DNA from: Verrucomicrobiales bacterium
Lineage (GTDB): Bacteria; Verrucomicrobiota; Verrucomicrobiia; Verrucomicrobiales; V1-33
DNA length: 64,000 bases
NCBI GenBank assembly: GCA_031411295.1
Contig: JANOAV010000083.1
Coordinates: 48,381 to 112,380, forward strand
Direction: 5' to 3'
The position numbers were made by a program, and so were the translations under genes. Positions 56,701 to 64,000 of the stretch are shown piece by piece; the first letter of the stretch is position 1; the number at the start of each line of letters is the position of its first letter. Below the pieces are notes generated by a model. It saw nothing but the letters and a program-made list of their open reading frames with translations. It had not been told where the DNA came from and did no database searches.

Positions 56701-58461
56701 CCATTTCTGCGACAGCAATGGATCATCGCTGAGCCACCAACCACCCAGATCTGCAGCCGTCTCACTGGCATTGAAGAGTTCGATCCAATCCGGTTGATCG
56801 CCATCCTCATCGCGCAGTCCAGAATCATTTTCCGCCAGGAATTCTGAAATTATCACCCCACTGGGCTCCAGGACCGTCACCTGAAACGTCTGCTGCCTGC
56901 TCCCGCCCTCTGCATCCACTGCGGATAGTGTGACCTCATGCACCCCCACGTCGGCCAGGCTGGGACTGCCCGTGAACGTTCCGGCGGCATAGGTTAGCCA
57001 TGCGGGCACACTGGTGGCGGTGAGCGTGACGGCCGCCCCCACATTCGACGTTGCTCCCACATTACTGGAATAGGCCAAACCAGCTCTGGCGAAGGAAGCA
57101 GGCGTGGCCGTGAAATTGATCGTGGAAACGCGACGTAGCAGAAAATCATCGCAATCCACGGTGAGCGCTCCGCCGTTCGTGCGATTGCGATACCCGAACC
57201 AACCGACCGCCAATGGCTCCGAATCAGACACGAAGAAGGACGCCTCATTACTCCCCTGCCGCGTGGTGACCGTCATCAAGAGGACCTCATTTTCATACGC
57301 TCCCCGCACTTCAAACGTGAACGGCAGCGCAGGGTTTAGCGTGAAGCCATCCAGCACCGTGTCCGGCAGAAATTGCGTCGTATTGATACCCACACGCGAC
57401 ACCCGCACGCCGCCGGTCGTCGGGCGGATATCGATTTGATAATAGGGCTGCGTGACCCCGCCGGTGAAATTTGCATTGGTTCCAAAAAGCCCGAAACCTA
57501 CGGTGTTCGCAGTGTTCGCGTTGGCGATGACCGTAAATTTCGACGACAACAGAAACCCCGGAGCAGTGGCAGGCAGACCACCCAGTTGATCCGTTAGAAA
57601 GGAAGCGATACTGGTGTTAGCAGTGCCCGTAATCGTATTCCGATAGGCCCCACCGACCACACTCCATTCAGCCGCTGGCACGGGGGTGAAGGGAGTGGCG
57701 TTGGTCGTGAAATTCAAATTCAAAGGCACCGCCACCGGCGGGATGGGCGCAGTGCCAATGCGATGATCTGCGGTGGGCGGAGCCTGCGCGCCACTGACGA
57801 AACTAACATCATCGAACCAATGCGAATGCGCGGTGGTGTCATTGCGATCAAACCTAATTTTATTGATCGCAGCACTCGTGGCCGCAGCCGTGTTAGTGAA
57901 CATTTTCAAGCCAACCGCAGCATGAGTCAGCGTCGTGAATCCGGGATCCGACCACACCAAATCATATTCTGCCGTGCTCGTGCCAAAGTTCCGCCCAATG
58001 ATCCGAATTCGCACAGCGGTAGTCGTCGCAATCGGAAACGTGGCGCCAGTGGCCAGGGAAGTGGCGCTGGTGTAGGTGCCCAGATTGTTGACTTGGATGA
58101 TGTTTCCCGTGGCCCCGCGCACCTCAATGGCATTGCCCGCCGTAGAATCCAGCAGGATGCGGAACGACTGCGCAGTCGTATTTCCCGCCACCATAACATA
58201 CGTATCGAACGTGAAATTCGCCAGCGCATCGACCGTCTGGGAAAGTGTGGCCGTCGTATTAAACGACAGGCGAGCCGCCTGCGCGGACCCATTTAAGCCT
58301 GCCTGGGTAGTGACTCCCGAGGCCGTCCAACCAGTTAAAAATGGCGCTGCTTCGAAATTTCCATTAGCCAACGCAGCCGCCCCCAACGGCCGCACCAGCA
58401 GCAGCAAGAAGAGCACCACGAATGAACCCACGTGGTTAAATGCACGAAAATTTAGCAGCAT
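53710..58461 (-). CDS. Large secreted CotH-kinase / lamin-tail / Ig-domain protein
   Basis: ISEFLAEN..DWIELFN and ISEIHYN..EFIEL (LTD); LRIRGG, LYLNGVYWGIY..ER (CotH); YTTNGSTP. Confidence 0.88.
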   Translation of the reverse strand: MLLNFRAFNHVGSFVVLFLLLLVRPLGAAALANGNFEAAPFLTGWTASGVTTQAGLNGSAQAARLSFNTTATLSQTVDALANFTFDTYVMVAGNTTAQSFRILLDSTAGNAIEVRGATGNIIQVNNLGTYTSATSLATGATFPIATTTAVRIRIIGRNFGTSTAEYDLVWSDPGFTTLTHAAVGLKMFTNTAAATSAAINKIRFDRNDTTAHSHWFDDVSFVSGAQAPPTADHRIGTAPIPPVAVPLNLNFTTNATPFTPVPAAEWSVVGGAYRNTITGTANTSIASFLTDQLGGLPATAPGFLLSSKFTVIANANTANTVGFGLFGTNANFTGGVTQPYYQIDIRPTTGGVRVSRVGINTTQFLPDTVLDGFTLNPALPFTFEVRGAYENEVLLMTVTTRQGSNEASFFVSDSEPLAVGWFGYRNRTNGGALTVDCDDFLLRRVSTINFTATPASFARAGLAYSSNVGATSNVGAAVTLTATSVPAWLTYAAGTFTGSPSLADVGVHEVTLSAVDAEGGSRQQTFQVTVLEPSGVIISEFLAENDSGLRDEDGDQPDWIELFNASETAADLGGWWLSDDPLLSQKWALPAGTLLAPKAFLVVFASEKNRTINPLHTNFKLNNRAGGAITLANAAGVVISSYLNYPAQRADHSYGVYGNYTPRGYLLNPTPGAPNDAVGYAGFVADPIFSIRRGFYTTPQIVNVTCATPGATLVYTTNGSTPSFTNGTQAADPLALNLTSTTMLRLSAFAPGLAPNGPDTQSYFFPEDIRSQGNPAGWPTGKVNGQVLDYGMDPDITSTVTAQAMKDALTAIPTLSIVTDLPNLVDPATGIYVNPYGREDYYECPASVELVNPNATPGFHINAGLRIRGGASREGTVPKHNFHLYFRGEYGAAKLNYPLFGDEGADSFDRIDLRTAQVMGWGKDGSTAATYTRDEWNRATHGAMGQPYTRSRYYHLYLNGVYWGIYGTQERADASFAATYFGGSAADYDVMKTYVIPHRVEAADGDAVAWTQLFNAATAGFATDAAYFAVQGRNAAGQLTGGPQLLDVDNLIDYNLLRFYAGDDDAPINIGVGVPKNFYVIRPRDGRFGFQFLTHDSESCMRAADPNVNVSGANAVGNTLSYFNPRWLSQQLMTSPKYKLRFADRAQKHLFNGGALDPSVAIARWREIAAQVSGAILAESARWGDAKSATPRTVADWSAAVSAVETSFITPRRTTLITQLRARGLYPSLDAPAFSVAGGIVPAGTGVTITAPAATTVTYTVDGSDPMEPTALAYSTPVVLNGTLVTLKARARLTSTGEWSALTETAFTIGAIPAAVGNLAISEIHYNSPGPTDATEFIELLNRSTVRLDLTGVHLTNAVVFSFGNVVLEPGARILIVEDAAAFLAAYGAAPVVAGVWTGALNNTADTIVLVDRNNQEIERVSYEEAEPWPTSADGSGYSLVRMNPGSVANDPSSWRPSVALGGNPGSSDSAMPFTGDALADADRDGLTALVEHFLGTSDTAPNASATTPLAVENDMLTISFVRKLATDDVTYVVETSADLINWLADAIRLQQINHGDGTVTEVWRSAQAASTKRFIRIKLTKP

Positions 58462-58711
58462 TGGAATTGGGGGAGGGAGGAATTGATACGAACCTAGCAT
58501 CGGGCTTACCAGAAAGGATTGTCTCGGTCGAGCAAAAGTGGCACCGGGATCCGGAGAATATTCGTTTGTCTTTCCAGAATTGGCTACGAACGGAGGTGAT
58601 GAAATTAGATGATTTAGCGGTTCTCGAACCTTCCCTTTTGCGGGCTTCGGCCTCGCAACGATCCGGGGAAATGTTCCACTCCTGGTTCCCCATCAGCAAG
58701 GAGGTTGGCGC

Positions 58712-59473
58712 ATGGATGTAACGCGCTTTCAGCATACCATCACGGATCAGGAGAATTCCCCTGCTGCGGCGGATCGCAATGAGCTATTTCCGCTGACGAT
58801 GTGGTCGGCTTTGTTGGAGGCCCAGGGGGCTGGTTCGGCGGGATTGCGTGGATTGGAGCGATTGGCCGCCGCCTACTGGCGACCGCTGTATGTCTTCCTG
58901 CGGAAGCGCGCGCATGATCACGATGCAGCGGCGGATGGAGTGCAGGGATTCTTCGCTTATTTGCTTTCTGGTGACCTGTTGCACAAGGCACGACCGGGCG
59001 AAGGTCGATTTCGGAATTTCCTGCTGGTGGCGTTCCGGCGGTGGCTGGGCGACCAGCAGGACAAGGCCACGGCGGCCAAGCGTGGGGGAGGAACTCTGGC
59101 GATTCCGTTGCAGGATTTGCAGGAACTAGGTCAGGAACCGGAGGGCGCAGGTGATTCCCCTGAGGAAGCGTTTGATCGCAAGTGGGCGGAGTCATTGATC
59201 GCCCGGGCGCTGGCGGCCCTGGAGGCGGATTGGGCAAAGCGGGCGGAGGTTTTTGCCGCGCTGAAATGCGGGCTGGAGGGATCTGCGGAAATGGAGCGGT
59301 ATGGGGACATCGCGGAAAGGCTTGGAATGACTGAGGGAGCTGTTAAAACGGCGTCATTTGAGATTAGGAAAGGGTTTGCCGCCCATGTGCGGCGGGAGAT
59401 TCGGGCCACGGTGGCGTCCGATGCGGAGGCGGAAGAGGAACTGCGCTACTTGGTGACGTTAATTCGTCACTGA
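58712..59473 (+). CDS. ECF sigma-70 factor, STK-associated type
   Basis: FPLTMWS, YWRPLYVFLRK, GRFRNFL, YGDIAERLGMTEGAVK. Confidence 0.85.
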   Translation: MDVTRFQHTITDQENSPAAADRNELFPLTMWSALLEAQGAGSAGLRGLERLAAAYWRPLYVFLRKRAHDHDAAADGVQGFFAYLLSGDLLHKARPGEGRFRNFLLVAFRRWLGDQQDKATAAKRGGGTLAIPLQDLQELGQEPEGAGDSPEEAFDRKWAESLIARALAALEADWAKRAEVFAALKCGLEGSAEMERYGDIAERLGMTEGAVKTASFEIRKGFAAHVRREIRATVASDAEAEEELRYLVTLIRH

Positions 59474-59507
59474 CCTTTCGCGAAGTTTTCCCAACTCCCA
59501 CTTTACC

Positions 59508-61226
59508 ATGGCTGACTCTTTTCCACCCCCCGATACCATCCGCTCCTGCAACAGTTGCGGTGAGATCGTGCCCATCAGCCAGCCGTGCCTGGCGTGCGCC
59601 CTGTTGCAATTGTTTCCTGCGCCCAGCGAGCCTACCGAGGCCGTCAAGCCGGTGGCATTGCGGTTCGATCCCTCCGGGTTACCCTGCCTCTTTGGTCCGT
59701 ATGTGATCCGGCGGGAAATTGCAGTCGGCGGCATGGGTGCGGTTTATGAGGCTTACGATCCCCGATTAGGCCGCAGTGTGGCCTTGAAAATGATGCGTTC
59801 GCTCCTGCTGGCGACCTCGGAGGAGAAGGCGCGATTTAGATCCGAAGCTGGCGCAGCCGCGCAACTGGATCACCCCAACATCGTTCCAGTCTATGAGGTG
59901 GGAGAGCAGGACGGGCAGCCGTATTTCACGATGAAACTCATCGAAGGTGACAGTCTGGCCGGGCGACTCAAGGATGGCCCGATTGCTCCACGTGAGGCAG
60001 GACTACTCGTGGCTAGCATTGCCCGCGGAGTAGCGCATGCGCATGAGCGTGGGGTGCTGCACCGGGATTTGAAGCCGGGAAATATCGTCATGGATGCCTC
60101 CGGCACGCCGTGGCTCACAGACTTTGGGCTGGCAAAAGTAGCTTCAGTCGATTCCAATCTCACCCTAACAGAATTCTTTCTGGGCACGCCTGGTTACATG
60201 TCTCCCGAACAAGCTGCGGGCCGCACACGGGAGATCGGTCCGGCCAGTGATGTCTGGGCGCTGGGGGTGATTCTTTTCCAGTTAGTGACAGGACGACTCC
60301 CCTTTTCCGGCCAAGGGCACGCGGAGGTCATGCATCATATCATCCATGATGAGCCCGCCAGCATCCTCCTGCCCGCCAGCGGTTCCCGAGCGGTGGTGGA
60401 CCATGATTTGGAAACCATCATTCTGCGTTGTCTGGCCAAGGATTCGAATCGTCGCATCAACACCGCCAGTTTCCTGGCAGACGAACTGGACCGCTGGTTG
60501 GCTGGGGAACCGATTCATTCCCGGGGCATCACTCCCGCAGAGCGTGCAATACGCTGGGGGCGGCGGCATCCGTGGCCCTTGATAGCGACAGGGCTGTGCG
60601 CGGCAGTGGTGGCGCTGGTGGTGCCGCTCACACGCGCTCCGGTCGCAAAATTTGTCCAGACGTTCGTGCCAGCGGAGCCTTTTCAGAACGGGAGCTTTGA
60701 ACTCAACGGCGGCAACAAGAGTTACGAGGCCGCTGGCTGGACGATCTCCGGGACCCCAAAAGGAGTGCAAATCAGCGACGAGGAAGGAGCTTCCGAGGGA
60801 AGTCACGCCGTGCTATTTAATAAAGCCATCCACAAAATCGGTGGCCAGCTTTGGCAAAAATTCAAGACAACCGCTGGGCAAACCTATACCGTGCAGTTCG
60901 ATTTCGGATCTTTCAGCTGGACCTCGCTTTCCATCCAGAAACTTCGCGTCGAAGTGCGGGATGGCGGCTCGCCGACCACCGGTTCGCAATTGATCAACCC
61001 CGGCAGCGAGCAGATTGCAGCGACCTCCGGCGGTTCATTGGAGAGCCACACAGGTTACTTCGACGTCGCTGACGGCAGCGGGACCAACGCTTCCAGCCTG
61101 GAGTTTAACAAAGTGACGTTCACGTTCACCGCCAAATCTTCCGCGTGCACCTTAGTCTTCACGGATATCAGCACCGGGGACATCACGAGCCAGGATGGTG
61201 TGCTGGACAATGTGACGGTGCAGTAA
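59508..61226 (+). CDS. Membrane Ser/Thr kinase with N-terminal Cys pairs and extracellular DUF642-like domain
   Basis: GGMGAVY, VALK, HRDLKPGN, DFG, GTPGYMSPE; TM; NGSFE..YTVQFDFG..LDNVTV. Confidence 0.9.
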   Translation: MADSFPPPDTIRSCNSCGEIVPISQPCLACALLQLFPAPSEPTEAVKPVALRFDPSGLPCLFGPYVIRREIAVGGMGAVYEAYDPRLGRSVALKMMRSLLLATSEEKARFRSEAGAAAQLDHPNIVPVYEVGEQDGQPYFTMKLIEGDSLAGRLKDGPIAPREAGLLVASIARGVAHAHERGVLHRDLKPGNIVMDASGTPWLTDFGLAKVASVDSNLTLTEFFLGTPGYMSPEQAAGRTREIGPASDVWALGVILFQLVTGRLPFSGQGHAEVMHHIIHDEPASILLPASGSRAVVDHDLETIILRCLAKDSNRRINTASFLADELDRWLAGEPIHSRGITPAERAIRWGRRHPWPLIATGLCAAVVALVVPLTRAPVAKFVQTFVPAEPFQNGSFELNGGNKSYEAAGWTISGTPKGVQISDEEGASEGSHAVLFNKAIHKIGGQLWQKFKTTAGQTYTVQFDFGSFSWTSLSIQKLRVEVRDGGSPTTGSQLINPGSEQIAATSGGSLESHTGYFDVADGSGTNASSLEFNKVTFTFTAKSSACTLVFTDISTGDITSQDGVLDNVTVQ

Positions 61227-61540
61227 AAGGAGTATGACTCCGTTCGCTGGGCTGGCTGATTAGGCATCGATAGCTCTTTGGCATTCCGATAGCAGACGAC
61301 GCAGGGAGACTGTGATTGTTACCGGGCATAGATTCGGTCTTCCCCAGAGGGGCCGGCCAGGGGGGACGGCCTTGGCCAAGATGTCTGCGCTCGGGCAATT
61401 TTCCCCATGAGGAAAATTATTTCAAAAATCCGCAAACCTTTTCCCCAATGTCCCCAACTCCCGTTTTGAAGCCACTTCGCGCCTTCAAATTGAACCACCT
61501 CCGCCGCTCACCTGACTCCCGCTCCGCCCCGTCCCTGCCC

Positions 61541-64000
61541 ATGACTCCTATGAAAACCATCCTCCGCTGCTGTCTCATCGCCCTCGCTGCTCTTGTCACC
61601 CTGCTTGCCACCGCACCGTCCGCACAGGCATTGCCTTATGCGCCCGCTCAGGCCGGGGATTCGCTGTTTGTGTCGCTGGATGATGGCACGGTGCGGCAGT
61701 TTTCTGCGGGGGGTGGGGATCTGGGCGTGACCGTCAGCACGGGCTACAGTGTGGCGGAGGGCATTGCCTTTGACACTGCGGGGAATCTTTTTGTGTCAGG
61801 CTATGGCTCTGCTGACGTGGGGAAGTTTACGCCGGGCGGGGTGTTCTCTACGATCGGCCTGAGCATTAGCGCTGGAAGCAATCCCACCGGCCTCGCCTTT
61901 AACGCGGCGGGAGATCTTTTCATTGGCCTCCAGGGATGGGGCCAGATCCGCCACTTCACACCGGCGAGAGAGGTCAACGGGTTCGCGTTTGGTCAGGGTG
62001 CCATCGCTGGTCTTGCGTTTGACGCGGCGGGCAATCTCTACTTTTCGGAACTAAGCACTCACCAGGTGAAGAAGTTAAACCCGGGCGGCACGGCACTCAC
62101 TACCTTCATTTCCACTGGCTTGAACACGCCGCAGGACTTGGCCTTCGATAGTGCGGGGAATCTCTATGTGGCGGATTACGGCTCCAATTCGGTGCGGAGG
62201 TTTACGGCGGCAGGGGCGCCCCTTGGGGTGTTCGCGAATATAACCGCTCCGGTCGGCTTGGCGTTTGATTCGGCAGGCTTTCTCTATGTGTCGAATTCGG
62301 TGGCGAAAGCGATCTGGAAGTTTTCCCCAGCGGGAGCGGACCAAGGGCAGTTTGCGAGCACGGGGGCGATTGGGGTGAGGAAACTGGCTTTCTACCGACT
62401 CAAGACTGCCGCCGTGGCCACGAACGCGGCCACGAGCGTGAGGACGGGTGGTTTTGCCACTGGGGCGACGGGTGGCGCGACGCTGAATGCGACGGTGAGC
62501 AGCATCGGCACTACGACGGACGTGACTTTCCAATATTCGACGAACGCCACCCTGAGCAGCGGGGTGACGACGACCGCCGTGCAGACGCTGGCTGCCAACG
62601 CGAGCGGCACGGCTGTCTCGAAGGTGCTCACGGGGCTGGTGCCGAATACACCGTATTATTTCCGTGCCACCGGGACGAATGCGGCGGGAACGAGCAATGG
62701 GGCGATCCTGTCCTTCACCACGCCCGCGATCCCGCTGCCTTATGTGCCAGCGGAGGCGGGGGACTCGTTGTTTGTGTCTCTGGATGGCGGCACGGTGAGG
62801 CAGTTCTCGGCGGCGGGCGTGGATCTGGGCGTGGTCGCTAGCACGGGCTATACCCAGACGGACGGCATTGCCTTCGATGCGGCGGGCAATCTCTTTGTAT
62901 CCGGCTATTCCAATAATGCGGTGGCGAAATTTACGCCCAGCGGCACCCCCTCGACTTTCAGCACCGGGACCAATCCAGCCGGCTTGGCCTTTGACGCGGC
63001 GGGCAATCTTTACATCTCTTACCTGGGATCAGGCTGGATCCGCAAGGTGCCACCATCGGGCACGGGGGGCACCACCTTTGCCTCGTCGCTGAGCCAACCT
63101 GCGGGCTTAGCGTTTGACACGGCGGGCAATCTTTACACCTCGATCCAAGATACCAACCGGGTGAAAAAGGTGACGTCGCTAGGGGCTACCAGCACCTTTA
63201 TTTCTCTGAGCCTGAGCACGCCGCAGGACGTGGCGATTGATCGGGACGGGAATTTCTATGTGGCCAACTTTGGCAACCAGACGGTCCAGAAGTTCTCGGC
63301 GGCGGGGACGGATCTGGGCATCTTCGCTTCCTCGGTCAAACCGATTGGTCTGGCCTTTGACGCTGATGGCAATCTCTATGTGGCGAATGCACTCGATAAC
63401 ACGATCATGAGGTGGTCACCTTATGGGGATTATCTGGGGCAGTTTGCTAGCACGGGATCGGCACCTATTAGGAAACTGGCGTTCTACCGACCCAGGTCTG
63501 TGGCTCCGACCGTGGCGACGAACCCGGCCACGGGCCCGACGACCACCGGGGTGACGCTCAATGCGACCGTGAGCAGCAGCAATGCGGTGGCGACGGATGT
63601 GACGTTCCAATACTCGACGAACCCCACGCTGGGCAGCGGTGTGATCACGACTGCGGTGCAGTCGCTGGCGAGCAACGCCAACGGCACGGCGGTGACTCAA
63701 GTGCTGAGCGGGCTGGCTCCGCACACGTCGTATTTTTACCGCGTGCGAGGGGCGAACTCGACGGGGACGACCAATGGGGCGATCCTCAATTTCACCACGG
63801 GCAATACCCTGCCGACGGCCCCGAATGGCCCGGCCACCGGGACGACGGGCGATCCGAAGACGATCACGCTGAATTTCCCCAACCCTGATGCGGACGGGGA
63901 CACGGTGTCGATCATTTCCGCCGTGGCGGTGAGCGGGCTGACGGTGAACTCCGTCTTGGCGACGAGCGTGACGTTCACGCCCGATGCCAACTTCACGGGG
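61541..64000 (+). CDS. Large secreted protein, tandem (NHL beta-propeller + FN3-like) modules; runs off window
   Basis: Signal peptide MKTILRCC..AQA; repeated G(L/I)AFDxAGNLYV; second module starts in frame at 62735. Confidence 0.85.
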   Translation, partial: MTPMKTILRCCLIALAALVTLLATAPSAQALPYAPAQAGDSLFVSLDDGTVRQFSAGGGDLGVTVSTGYSVAEGIAFDTAGNLFVSGYGSADVGKFTPGGVFSTIGLSISAGSNPTGLAFNAAGDLFIGLQGWGQIRHFTPAREVNGFAFGQGAIAGLAFDAAGNLYFSELSTHQVKKLNPGGTALTTFISTGLNTPQDLAFDSAGNLYVADYGSNSVRRFTAAGAPLGVFANITAPVGLAFDSAGFLYVSNSVAKAIWKFSPAGADQGQFASTGAIGVRKLAFYRLKTAAVATNAATSVRTGGFATGATGGATLNATVSSIGTTTDVTFQYSTNATLSSGVTTTAVQTLAANASGTAVSKVLTGLVPNTPYYFRATGTNAAGTSNGAILSFTTPAIPLPYVPAEAGDSLFVSLDGGTVRQFSAAGVDLGVVASTGYTQTDGIAFDAAGNLFVSGYSNNAVAKFTPSGTPSTFSTGTNPAGLAFDAAGNLYISYLGSGWIRKVPPSGTGGTTFASSLSQPAGLAFDTAGNLYTSIQDTNRVKKVTSLGATSTFISLSLSTPQDVAIDRDGNFYVANFGNQTVQKFSAAGTDLGIFASSVKPIGLAFDADGNLYVANALDNTIMRWSPYGDYLGQFASTGSAPIRKLAFYRPRSVAPTVATNPATGPTTTGVTLNATVSSSNAVATDVTFQYSTNPTLGSGVITTAVQSLASNANGTAVTQVLSGLAPHTSYFYRVRGANSTGTTNGAILNFTTGNTLPTAPNGPATGTTGDPKTITLNFPNPDADGDTVSIISAVAVSGLTVNSVLATSVTFTPDANFTG

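Overview
Bacterial genomic window, most likely Verrucomicrobiota. This is inferred from a CotH/lamin-tail protein, DUF1501, an ECF sigma + Ser/Thr kinase pair, a shared 'S/T-x-D-L-x-x-W...R-F/Y-x-R' C-terminal domain, and A/C-rich leaders without clear Shine-Dalgarno sites. About 1.5-49.6 kb is a dense stress/dormancy island: ElaB/YqjE/YqjK, DUF4142 x2, two ice-binding DUF3494 proteins, DUF2383, DUF892, Dps, KatE, BON proteins, TspO, PRC-barrel, AckA/Xfp, several dehydrogenases, oleate hydratase and MgtA. It also carries signalling modules: an RsbU_N-like pseudo-kinase + kinase + lone receiver + NarL-type regulator, three PAS hybrid kinases, and a KaiC-like ATPase cassette. The main finding is a quasi-palindromic box, GGG-N4/5-ACCCCAT, found 14 times by eye. 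Thirteen copies lie upstream of, and co-oriented with, an island gene (including the two-component operon itself); the fourteenth is a duplication relic. In 9 copies an xAnnnT hexamer follows at a fixed 21-22 nt, with near-matches in 2 more. This points to an apparently undescribed activator-driven general-stress regulon. 49.9-64 kb encodes a secreted 9-haem cytochrome c, DUF1501, a CotH protein, an ECF/STK pair and a large NHL-repeat protein running off the end. Family calls are by motif recognition only; no database searches were run. No rRNA, intact tRNA, CRISPR array or transposase was seen.
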